A program made the translations under genes and the position numbers. Of a DNA stretch of 64,000 bases, positions 1 through 10,879 are shown piece by piece. Under the pieces are notes generated by a model. That model did no database searches. It was not told the DNA's origin and saw nothing but the letters and a program-made list of their open reading frames with translations. This stretch comes from Tubiluchus corallicola (Eukaryota; Animalia; Priapulida), in contig JAQGDQ010000565.1 of NCBI GenBank assembly GCA_030141605.1, positions 75,319 to 139,318 on the forward strand, written 5' to 3'. Each line of letters opens with the position of its first letter. Position 1 is the stretch's first letter.

Positions 1-113
1 TGTAATCATTTCGTTCGTTATTTCGTTGTTGTAATCACTTCGTTCGTTATTTCGTTCTTGTAATCACTTCGTTCGTTATTTCGTTCTTGTAATCACTTTG
101 TTCGTTATTTCGA
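1..113. repeat. Tandem repeat, ~29-bp unit (tgtaatcacttcgttcgttatttcgttct), ~4 copies, runs off window start
   Basis: Direct repeats visible at 1-113. Confidence 0.9.
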
Positions 114-779
114 CCTCTGTTTTTATTTGTGTGACCATTTAGGCTCATCGTTACCGATAGCCTACTGTTTTAATTTGGACTAACTCATTGCATGTGACGT
201 ATTCTTAATATGCATTATCCCTGTTGATCAATAAATTCAATTCAATTCAATTCATCTTATCACCATCACTTTAAAGAATAATTACTGAAAATTTCGGTTT
301 TTGGTAAAAGCTTTATCTTGGACTACTGTAACAAGAGGTGGAAAAAAGTAAAACAGCAAGAGTTGGATGAACTGATAAGGGAAGATATTTTCACTATTAT
401 CGTTAACTGTTACGCGTGAGAAGAGTGATGTGCGTGAGAGCCTGCTGCGTGTGTCGAGGGTCATTGGCTTTAGTCATTTAATCACCAACACTGTGGCAGG
501 ACCGGAAATTTTACAATACCTATGTAAAAATAGAAAACAGCACGATTTGATATCAGTGTAGACAACAACATCAACAACATTAATTTATTAACATACTGAG
601 CTAAGTTCTTAGTAACTAGGAACACTTATTTACTATCTGTGTTTTAATAAACGAAACGAAAGTATAGAATCTATACCACCAAAACTCACGTCATCTCATC
701 GCATCATTTTAAAAATAATTTCTGAAGTTTCGATTTTTGATAAAAACTTTACAGATTGCAAAACGTGAAACACGAAAAC

Positions 780-1097
780 AGTAAAGAGGACCTGTTAAAA
801 GCTATGTTAAAAGCTTTAGATTATGAAAGATAATTATGTTGATGAATGCTGGCATGAAGCCCAGTTGAGGTGTGGTGTCACGTGAGCAAGTGATTCAGAA
901 CCGAAGCGTAGGCGTCGATGCGTCGAAGCTCGGCGCACGATATATAATCAGCTCAGGGGATTGAGTCTGGGAGTTGAGGGAGAGCAAGCTAGATCAGGCG
1001 GCTTGGCATTACTATCTGTTATATTGTGTTTGATGTTCAATAAACGTGTAGTTTTATAATCTGACTCTTCATAGTTTTGCCATCCCTAAAACACCAA
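780..1097 (+). mobile_element. Dispersed repeat, possibly a degenerate LTR / LTR-element 3' end
   Basis: 780-875 recurs at 40666-40760. 860-1095 resembles 12560-12855 (shared aagcc.agtt.aggtgtgg start, ggcattactatc block, AATAAA, gtttgccat near the end). Confidence 0.4.
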
Positions 1098-1179
1098 TAA
1101 TCAGCTTCACACTACCAATACAACGAATTATTTTACTGAGATTTGGATAATTTACAAGGCCTAGTATACAGCATACACC

Positions 1180-1485
1180 GTTTTATCGCGTTCACACGCG
1201 CGAATAACTACTTATAAAAAGGGCAACTGTACATGAGCCTATTTTAGTCTCCAATGCAAGTAGTATTTGAGTTATAGTTTCAGAAATAGATTCAAACACA
1301 TGTCCAGTATGAAACACAATACTTGCAGCTTCGTTTTATCGCGTTCAGACGCACGAATAACTGCTTATAAAAAGGGCAACTGTACATGAGCCTATTTTAG
1401 TCTCCAATGCAAGTACTATTTGAGTTATAGTTTCAGAAATAGATTCAAACACATGTCTAGTATGAAACACAATACTTGCAGCTTC
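1180..1485. repeat. Tandem duplication of ~153 bp just upstream of the pentraxin start exon
   Basis: gttttatcgcgttca...cttgcagcttc occurs twice with few mismatches; each copy contains CTTATAAAAAGG. Confidence 0.9.
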
Positions 1486-1547
1486 CTTTGCCAACTTGGC
1501 TTTCCAGCGAGGTAGGATAGACACTTGTGTTCTCTTCACAGCCAAAC

Positions 1548-1590
1548 ATGATGGATCTTGTCAAAGCGTTGATCGCGATGCTCTGTTTAG
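1548..1590 (+). CDS. Short pentraxin (CRP/SAP-like), coding exon 1 (signal peptide)
   Basis: ATG at 1548 in ccaaacATG context; MMDLVKALIAMLCL followed by a phase-1 G|gtaagt donor; joins the next exon to give the signal peptide ...LCLASATA. Confidence 0.8.
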
Positions 1591-1649
1591 GTAAGTTAGG
1601 TGAAGTTGTAAGGCATGTCAATAGATTTACTAACATGTCGTCATTTACA

Positions 1650-1945
1650 TACAATCGTCACCTAACATGTGGGTAACGCAAAACATCAGTTCAGTAACTT
1701 CACTTGTTTCATGTGGACTTAATTATGCATTAGCCAGGGATTAGATTAATTTACTACCAGGATCTTGCTTGGAAACAATAAAAAAAGACCCCAGTAAGGC
1801 TCTAGCTAGCTATTAAAACTGTTACTAGTGCAATAGCATGGGCTGCGAGGCATTTTCAAGTGTACACAAATGCGTTGTCTGGCACGCTCAACCTTTGACC
1901 TTTCCACGATCATCATCAATCGCTTGAACTGCGAAAAGGCTTTTT
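1650..1945 (+). mobile_element. Partial copy of MITE family A (see 57312-57713), in pentraxin intron 1
   Basis: Colinear with 57400-57705; ends gaactgcgaaaaggct. Confidence 0.75.
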
Positions 1946-1977
1946 AGCGGTTAATAGTGCATTAATTATCATTGCAG

Positions 1978-2236
1978 CTTCAGCAACCGCACACAACTGC
2001 TATCAGTCAGAGTACTTCGAGTTACTCACCACCCGAAATCAAGTAACAGATTACTACATCGGATACGATGCTCTGCCATCACTGGAGGCCATCACAGCCT
2101 GTGCTTGGTTCAGGACTACAGCTACAACAAATACAATGTCCATCATCTCATATGCCATATCTGATGAGGAGGATAACGAATTGTGGATGGGTTTGGAAGG
2201 ATCAACTCTGAGTTGGTATTTTGGGAAGGAGCACGG
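1978..2236 (+). CDS. Short pentraxin, coding exon 2
   Basis: ttgcag acceptor; encodes ...[14 protein letters not shown]...SIISYA...DNE (pentraxin N-terminal strands); phase-2 GG|gtatgg donor. Confidence 0.88.
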
Positions 2237-2328
2237 GTATGGGTCAGCCGGCTTGAAAGTAACTTTAAAACACCTTTTTGCCCGGCTTGTAAAGTCCGCG
2301 GTGTACCTTTCATCTGCCAGGCCATTTG

Positions 2329-2702
2329 CCCATCCATCCATCCATCCATCCATCCATCCATCCATCCATCCATCCATCCATCCATCCATTAATGCATCCA
2401 TCCGTCTGTCTATCAGTCTAGGTGTTCTTTTCCCGTTTCCCTAGCTTAAACTCAAAGTCAACATTAATGTCTTTCTCTCTCAGAGTACGTACATCTCAGT
2501 GTGCCTCTGTCGTTTGTGTATCAGCTGATACTCTGATGATGGCGACGATGGTGATTATGACGACGATGATCATGACGATTATAATAGTGACAACGCTGAC
2601 CGTGTTCATGACAACGACAATGACAATAGTAATGATGCTAGTGGTGGTGGTGATGGTGATGATGATGCTGCTGATGATGATGATCATGATGGTGATGATG
2701 AT
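2329..2702. repeat. (CCAT)n and degenerate (GAT)n microsatellites in pentraxin intron 2
   Basis: Directly visible at ~2329-2402 and ~2535-2702. Confidence 0.9.
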
Positions 2703-2821
2703 AGTCCACACTATGTTATGCTGTAAAATTATTAAGGGTTTGAATAGATCACTACTCCGGAGAGTCCACTACATTGGATATTGAGCCAATTGATGATTGA
2801 GCTGGCTGTGTTTTATTCTAG

Positions 2822-2969
2822 TACATCGCAAAGCGTATCAGTTCGCGACGGCAGGTGGCACTACATATGCGGAACTTGGCAGAATCGCAGAGGACAGTGG
2901 GCTATTTATGCGGACGGAAGTGAAGTCGGAAGTGGAACTGGAGCTCTTGATTACTCTTCCACTATTAGA
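2822..2969 (+). CDS. Short pentraxin, coding exon 3 (pentraxin signature)
   Basis: ttctag acceptor in phase 2; DGRWHYICGTWQNRRGQWAIYADG matches the HxCxS/TW signature; phase-0 AGA|gtatgg donor. Confidence 0.92.
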
Positions 2970-3002
2970 GTATGGCTTCTATTATATGCTTGTTTGATGA
3001 CA

Positions 3003-4062
3003 GTTAATGAGATTGCCAGAAACAACATCAGTAAGATTAACATTAAACATTGGAGCACTAAAGTCAGAATCAGAAGACTAAGATGGGTAGGACATTTAAT
3101 GAGATTAGCAGAAACAACATCAGTAAGATTAGCATTAAACATTGGAACACTAAAATCAGAATCAGCAGACTAAGATGAGTAGGACATTTAATGAGATTAG
3201 CAGAAACAACATCAGTAAGATTAGCATTAAACATTGGAGCACTTAAATCAGAAGACTAAGATGGGTAGGCATTTAATGAGGTTGCCAGAAACAACACCAG
3301 TAAGATTAGCATTAAACATTGGAGCACTAAAATCAGAATCAGAAGACTAAGATGGGTGGGACATTTAATGAGATTGTCAGAAACAACACCAGTAAGATTA
3401 ACATTAAACATTGGAGCACTAAAGTCAGAATCAGAAGACTAAGATGGGTAGGCATTTAATGAGGTTGCCAGAAACAACACCAGTAAGATTAGCATTAAAT
3501 ATTGTAGCACTAAAGTCAGAATCAGAAGACTAAGATGGGTAGGACATTTAATGAGATTGCAGAAACAACACCAGTAAGATTAGCATTAAACATTGGAGCA
3601 CTAAAGTCAGAATCAGAAGACTAAGATGGGTAGGACATTTAATGAGATTACCAGAAACAACACCAGTAAGATTAGCATTAAACATTGGAGCACTAAAGTC
3701 AGAATCAGAAGACTAAGATGGGTAGGACATTTAATGAGATTGCAGAAACAACACCAGTAAGATTAGCATTAAACATTGGAGCACTAAAATTAGAAGACTA
3801 AGATGGGTAGGACATTTAACGAGATCACCGGAAACAACATCAGTAAGATTAGCACTAATCGAGGCACTGAAACTTACTAAACGACCTCCAAGCAAAACCA
3901 AAAACAACTTGGATATTTAGAATTACAACAGCTGAAACCAAACTTAACAATAGCTTCACAGGAATTGAAAATTTTAGCTGCAGGCAGGAAGTGGTGGAGT
4001 GCTCTAATAAAGGATAGAGGCTCTATGTCTACAATAGAGGTTTAAAGCAGCAGAAAAAGAAG
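3003..4062 (+). mobile_element. RTE-type LINE 3' fragment whose 5' part is a ~92-bp minisatellite (~9 copies, 3003-3857)
   Basis: Unit translates to KVRIRRLRWVGHLMRL (RTE-like RRLRWxGHxxR motif). The unique continuation gives ..KRPP..TTW..LAAGRKWWSAL and a purine-rich tail. Confidence 0.75.
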
Positions 4063-4705
4063 TGTTAAATATAACAAACGATTTTAATGCACTAAATACG
4101 TTTCTTGTTGCAGTGTAATCAAGGCTGTTAGGTTACGAGCCAGAAAAACTTGTTGTTTTTCTTGTCATCAATTATATATAAACTATTTATTTTAAGTGGA
4201 TTGACATACAGTAATATTACTGATCGGAGTTTTTTCACTGCGTAACAAATACGTTTTAGTTGAGAACAGATGTGTATACAAGTGGTTATTAAAAATGTAG
4301 TTACATAGATAGTTAGTTCAAAAACACAAGTAATTCATTCGTTAAAACTTAAAATTGAAATATACGAAGCCCACAGAGTACAGAAGTGATACCAGAAACA
4401 ATTAACAATGTACATCATCCTATAACTTATACAAAGGCATGATTTTTCAATAACTGGTGTTTAATTTAAAAGTCCAAAATTCGAAATCTTGTCATCTGAA
4501 AGTAGGAATTAGACCTTGAACTACAGTAGGTGTTTTTCTATTAAAGCCGTAGCCTCTCCCGGACATCTGTGGGTACAGGTGACAATTTTTGGTTGAGTTT
4601 TCCGTCTCGCGGTCTTTCGTAGGCCTAACAAAGACAAGTTCACGCATGCCACATCAGTCTTAACAATGCCATTAAATCTTTTTCCAGCAAACATTTGGTC
4701 AAGCG

Positions 4706-5101
4706 CAGTGGCGGCTCGTAGCTAAAATTACTGGGGGTGCTACTTCAGAAAATTGTTAGCCTTTGTTTTAATACTGGGTAAATCGAAACAAACATAAAAT
4801 TAGGCAATTTTAGTGCTAAACAAAAAATATTGTTTGCTTACTAATATTCTAAACTATCTTAATTGATTCATTCACGGGTAAACACGTGACAACTGACAAC
4901 AAGCTGTGGCGCATGCGCACAACAGCCAAACACTGTGTTGCTGGAGCCCACTGTGCTGGGCTGTGAAGCAAGCAGTACTACCCTCACGTGCTCTGGTTCC
5001 GTGCAAGTATAAAGAAAGAACTAAAGAAAAAAGACTTATTATATTGAATATTATCCATAATATTGAGTGAAAATGGGGGTGCTGCAGTTCCACAGCCACT
5101 G
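4706..5101 (+). mobile_element. Non-autonomous DNA transposon with CAGTGGC...GCCACTG termini (family G)
   Basis: TIRs; gtcaagcg on both flanks (4698-4705, 5104-5111); inverted second copy at 22964-23905. Confidence 0.75.
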
Positions 5102-5481
5102 CAGTCAAGCGTTTTCATTCGATACAAACATCAGTTAACGTGCTGACCAAAAAATTCTTTTTTCCGAAATACAATTTTTAAAATTCGGTTTTATTTGCAT
5201 TGAGTAGAAGAGAGTTCAATGCATGATTAAAGGTATGACTAGGAATTGATATGAAAAATCATACAGACAACATTGAAGTTAATTAATGATAACTTATATT
5301 GTTAGAGCGTTTAACAGGTGGCAGCACTGTGCCAGAAACTGAAAACTAAATCAAAACCAAAGAAGGTCTTTGCACCCACTACAACTTCATTTTACTGCTT
5401 GGCTAAGTGCAACCGCGCTGTGAAGCCAGTACATCTAATAAAAGTTATTCTGCATAATTTTTCAGTTATTCTGACTCCATT

Positions 5482-6153
5482 TAGTGCTGTTCCGATAGAT
5501 CGGTTGCCGATTTTGAGAAAAATAAAATATCGGCATCGATTTCGAGGAGAATAAAAAATCAGCATCGGTTTGGCATCGATTTCGAGGAAAACAAAAAATC
5601 GGTATCAGTTCGGTATCGGTCTCGGGAAAAATAAAAAATTGGTTTTGGCTCAGTATTGATTTCGAAGAAAATAAAAAATCGGTATCAGTTTGGTATCGCT
5701 CTCGAGGAAAATAAAATATCCGTATCAATTTGGTATCGGTCTCGAGGAAAATAAAAAATCGGTATCAGTTTGGTATCGGTCTCGAGGAAAATAAAATATC
5801 GGTATCAGTTTGGTATCGGTCTCGAGGAAAATAAAAAATCGGTATCAGTTTGGTATCGGTCTCGAGGAAAATAAAATATCGGTATCAGTTTGGTATCGGG
5901 CTCGAGGAAAATAAAAAAATAGGTATCAGTTTGGTATCGGTCTCGAGGAAAATAAAATATCGGTATCAGTTTGGTATCGGTCTCGGGGAAAATAAAAATC
6001 GGTATCAGTTTGGTATCGGTCTCGAGGAAAATAAAATATCGGTATCAGTTTGGTATCAGTCTCGAGGAAAATAAAAATCGGTATCAGTTCGGTATCGGTC
6101 TCGAGGAAAATAAAAAAATCGGTATCGTTTTCTTCATGTTTGGAACAATACTG
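5482..6153. mobile_element. hAT-like MITE whose interior is a ~40-bp tandem array (ggtatcagtttggtatcggtctcgaggaaaataaaaaatc, ~15 copies)
   Basis: Imperfect TIR TAGTGCTGTTCC / GGAACAATACTG; flanks match 5/8; array at ~5510-6128. Confidence 0.65.
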
Positions 6154-6299
6154 ATTCTGTTGGGCACCAAAATGCCACTCCTGTAATCCCATTTACAGAC
6201 AGAGGAGAAAACGGACGTTTAGATACGATCAATTCAACCGATGTTTCACTTCCGCTTAGCCTCACAACTGCATTGCGTTTTATTCAATTCGTTTTTTAG

Positions 6300-6581
6300 G
6301 GCGGAGGAGTTCTTGTCATTGGTCAAGATCAAGACAGTTTGGGAGGCGATTTCGACTCAGAGCAGAGCTTTGTTGGAGGTCTCACTGATGTGAACATCTT
6401 GAATAGAGTCATTTCTCCCTACGAACTCGGTGTTCTGTCGACAGGCTGCGCTGTTGATCAAGGATACGTGTTCAGATGGGATGACGTCAGAGGAGGTCTG
6501 CGTGGAAATATACAGGTGCTGCCATCTGGCCAGCGTTTTCCCAGATGTAACCGACCCAACGGCAATCCGACTAACGTTTAA
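6300..6581 (+). CDS. Short pentraxin, terminal exon
   Basis: tttttag acceptor in phase 0; GGGVLVIGQDQDSLGGDFDSEQSFVGGLTDVNI is the classic Ca-binding pentraxin segment; TAA at 6579-6581. The four exons total 732 nt, in frame (243 aa). Confidence 0.92.
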   Translation, partial: GGGVLVIGQDQDSLGGDFDSEQSFVGGLTDVNILNRVISPYELGVLSTGCAVDQGYVFRWDDVRGGLRGNIQVLPSGQRFPRCNRPNGNPTNV

Positions 6582-6986
6582 AGGAAAGCCGGACGATTGT
6601 TTAGATCAATCTCATTTTAATTTACTGTCCAGAATATACATTTTCTTCCTATAAAAGTTAGCAATTGTTTCTTATATTTCAGTAGTTAGCTTAGAAAGAT
6701 AATTAACGGCACCCGAATACAGATATGGCTTACGTCAGAAACTAAGCACAGTTTGTGCAATGACAGGCGTCTTCCCTTGCGCGTCAAACACGTTTGCAGT
6801 ACTGTTTAAATGCATGATGTCTCGAAAAATGGGGTTTGCGTCATATGACGTCAGAAACTAACACTGCAATTCATGATCATGGTTATCACAGACCGCCTTC
6901 TGTTTGTCGGCCACACGAAGGTGACAAAAAGGCGCCGTTGCCAATCTTAGTAGATTCACTGAGCCGCGCGTAGCTTTGAAAGTTTT
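6582..6986 (-). mobile_element. Truncated Kolobok-like MITE (family B) starting at the TTAA that overlaps the pentraxin stop codon
   Basis: Reverse complement of ~51870-52275; begins TTAA|AGGAAAGCCGGACGATTG. Confidence 0.8.
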
Positions 6987-7304
6987 CTAAAAAGTTAGAG
7001 GAACTAAGTGCTTAAATTAGTTTCTTTTGTTACGGAAAAACTTGGAACTGAAATTATTTGTTTTTCTTGCTAGATAGCTAGGAACTGAAAATGGAAATAG
7101 TTCCTTTTCTAAAAAGTTTGAGGAACTAGGGGCTTAAATTAGTCTCTTTGTCACAGAAGAACGTGGAATTGCAATTAGTTTTTTTCCCTACCAAAGAGCT
7201 AGGAATTTGAACTGGTTTCTAAAAGTGAGAACATTTTACACACACAGTGGCAACAGACGGTACTTTGCATTGGGGGTAATTATACTGATGAAATGATAAG
7301 ACAG

Positions 7305-7671
7305 TAGTTTCGTTGTGCGCACGCGTAGTTGCTGTAGGTCAAAGGTTAAGTGTACCACAGCAACGCGTCTTAACTACAACCTACACGTGACGTGTGGGTA
7401 ACGCAAAACATCAGTTCAGTGCCTTCAGTTGTTTTACGTGAACTTTACTTAATTATGCATTAGTCTGCTCATTGAGTGATTTACTACCAGAATCTTGCTT
7501 GGGAACAAGAAAAATGAACTAGGTAAGGTTCTAGCTAGCTGTTAAAACTGTTACTATTACAATAGTATGCGCTGAGAAGCATTGTCAAGTGTACACAAAT
7601 GTGTTGTCTGGTTCACTTAACCTTTGATCTTTTCACATCATCATCAACCACTGGAACTGTGAAAAGGCTTA
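7305..7671 (+). mobile_element. MITE family A copy
   Basis: Colinear with 57331-57707; right TIR aactgtgaaaaggctta. Confidence 0.85.
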
Positions 7672-8029
7672 TAGACAAGCTTATTATTTACATAAATCCG
7701 GCATGTAGCACCTCTTGAATTGATTGAAATTAGTATAGATGGCGCTTTGTTTTCACGTGTTTAACACGTGTTTAACGAATATGACTTCAATATAGGCAGG
7801 CAGTTGATGTAGTTTTTTTTTATTTATTTAAAGTTTTGTAGATTACAAATAAATTTTAAAATTTCAGACTGTTTTCAAATTTACACGTTATTACATGTTT
7901 TGATTAGTTGAGAATTTACTGTTGACGAAAAATCAAGCCATCGATTACGCATGCGCCATTCGTGCCTAGTTTTTCCAAAAAATCTTCTGTAAATGAAGGG
8001 AACCGGAAGTTCTCTATCATCTTACACTG

Positions 8030-8890
8030 TTAAAGGAGAAGAAAAGAGGCACCTGAAGTAGGTTTCAAAAAAATTGCCTTAACAATTACCCCAGCAGCCG
8101 ATCTGCGCTTTTTCCTGTCAATAGATGGCAGCACGTGCTTTATTACATAAACTTGGTTGAAGAAGATTCCGTCAAATTCAGTTTGCAAAAAAATAATGGC
8201 TAAGCTATCGTTCACAAAATAGTAAACTTATTTTGTCTACATTATATTATATTACTTTATAGCATTTTTATGCATATATGGCCCTCGCGTTAAAAGGAAT
8301 TTTTGTTCGTTTTCATTTTAAATCTCCCTCAATACTGTTCCAACCGGGCCATGACATGACGTCATATACGCACAACGTAAATCAGGGGAAGAAAAGGAAA
8401 TGTTAAATTATGTACCAAAATACTTTCCATGCAAATCTATATTAGTTGGCATTTCGCTTACCTGCTAGAAAGACTCATGTAACTAGGAATCATAAATTAA
8501 AATATTCATGCAAATTGGTAAAATGTCACTAACTCACCTCCAGGGTGCACCACTTGTTATCCAAAAAACGTATTTTTAATCTTATTGAGAAGATACGATA
8601 ATTTAAAATTTTATTTAATTAATAACATGCGCGCTACGAATGCTCTGATTAGTTTTTCAATCTCGATGATTATTTTTACTCGATGTTTTCTAAACTTGTT
8701 TCAAAAGACTTATCGTCAAAATGGCAGCATCTAACGGTCATCGAGGGAGTTTAAATTTACAAGTTTTATACAGCGTTACTGCCGACGCAAGCCCTGTATG
8801 CAAAAAGCCAGTACGTAAGTAGTATAACGTTTCAAGACGAATTTTTTAACCTTTATGTAAGTGGAGAGCTTTTTGTGCTTTAATGCTGTG
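8030..8890 (+). mobile_element. Kolobok-like non-autonomous element (family C) with an inserted ~155-bp fragment at 8083-8240
   Basis: Starts TTAA|AGGAGAAG; reverse complement of ~50700-51437; further partial copies near 14700-15018, 24340-24835, 52365-52590 and 53140-53440. Confidence 0.7.
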
Positions 8891-9569
8891 AAAATTCTTG
8901 CCATGGTTTGCATTTTCGTAAATATGAATTTAAGTCAGTTTTGCGTTTTTGTACAGTAGTTGCAGTTGCAGACCAGTTACTAAACAAAATAACTTTGCTA
9001 GTTTGTGAACGATAGCTTAGCCATTATTTTTTTTGCAAACTAAATGGACGAAATCCTTTTTAACCAAGTTTATGTATTAAAGCACGTGCTGCCATCTATC
9101 GACAGGAAAAAGCACAAATCGGCTGCTGGGGTTATTGGTTCAACTTTTGAATGCATTTTATACACAGCAAACGAAGCGTGGGATTACCGTTCAGCAGGGG
9201 GGCCGAGTGTTCACAGTGTGTACCTGGTTACAAAGTTATGCACTGCTGATCCTGCTTGGAAAATGGGTGAGGGATCTGGAAAACTGCTTCAGGTTGATTC
9301 TGCTGCCAGCCATTTCTCCCAGTGATACAAGACGTGTACGCATTTGTGCAAAACAAAAACACCACTGCCGATACAAGCGACTGGTCTTACAAATTAGATT
9401 CCGGTCCAGCCTCATTCAACTAGGGAGATTCTTAACAACACAGATTTCACAACACAGACGATATCTTATTTTATGGGGGCGAGCATTCTCTAACAGAAAG
9501 CAAATTCAAATCGAATCGAATTCAGTTTAAAACTTATAAAAGGCATTTGTCTCACAAAGATAATGTAAG

Positions 9570-9974
9570 TAAGCCTTTTCACAGTTCCAACGATTGATGA
9601 TGATCGTGAAAATGTCAAGGGTTATGCTCACAAGACAACGCATTTGTGTACACTTGACAGCGCCTCGCAGTAGGTGCTGTTGTAATAGTAACAGTTTTAA
9701 CGGCTAGCTAGAACCTTACATAGTTCTTTTTTTCTTGTTCCCAAGCAACATCCTGCTAGTAAGTCAATCTACGGATAGACTTAATGCATTGTTAAGTAAA
9801 AACCACGTAAAAAAACTGAAGTTACTGAGCGGATGCGGCAGACGGCACTGAACTGATGTTTTGCGGAACCCACATGTCACGGAACGATTGTAGTTAAGAT
9901 GTGTTGCTGTAGTACACTTAACCTTTGATCTACAGCAACTGCGCGTGCGCGCAACGAAACTGTGAAAAGGTTTA
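9570..9974 (-). mobile_element. MITE family A, full-length copy
   Basis: Both TIRs present (taagccttttcacagtt / aactgtgaaaaggttta). Confidence 0.85.
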
Positions 9975-10224
9975 TTAGTTGATTTTGTCATGCAATAAAA
10001 ATTCTAATAATTTCTTTAAAAACTGCGAACAGAAATCTGCTGACTGTATGCTGTTTCAAACCTTTGAATGCGACTGTACATCCCTACTATACATTGAAAC
10101 TTGAAATGAATCAACTCACACCTGTATACTCTATTCTCTGTACACCTGTCGTTCTCATTTTCGTACATACCTTGTCACAGTGTACGTGTAGTTGTGGTTT
10201 TCGAACTATATCTTACTGACGTAT

Positions 10225-10800
10225 CAAAACAGGCTATACATTTATGGAACTTACTACCCAGTGAAATAAAACAAATAGAATCTCTCCACCACTTTAAAAA
10301 GAAATTAAAAGAATATCAATATAACAGGTTTCAACTTCCACATTGTGCATCTGATACTAATTACACAGACTCCAGACTCCACTTTCATCTACCCCCGCCC
10401 CTGATATCGATTAAAAATGAAATTTTTTTTAAAAAAATTATGTAATGTAATACGTGTTATGTTAGTTTTGTAATGTCAAATGTATAAATAGTGTAAATGT
10501 AATGAGTGAAATTTATGTAATGTAAAGCATGTTTCTGTTGTGTCATGTCAAATGTATATATAGTGTAAAATACGTCATGTAAAATTTAATGTACTTTCGT
10601 AAAATTGTTTTGTAAAAATATTTTAATATGGTGTTTGTAAATATGTTCATTTATTGTATATAGTTTTGCACTTTAGTTTTTTTAGTATGCACTGGACGCA
10701 TTTGTCTTGAACAGTGTGGTTATTTTAACATTACGCCGAGGCTTACTCAATTTTATTATAATGAGTGAACCATTTTTTATGACAAATAAAGAATTAATAT
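10225..10800 (+). mobile_element. CR1/L2-group LINE 3' end with long 3' UTR
   Basis: QAIHLWNLLPSEIKQIESLHHFKKKLK is a typical ORF2 C-terminus; the UTR recurs inverted at 62440-63107; AATAAA at ~10785. Confidence 0.75.
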
Positions 10801-10879
10801 AAAAAATGTGATGTTTAACTAAGGCCACTAAAATGGTAAGTAGCCAGAAATGACTCTTACTAGTAGCCAGAAATACTTT

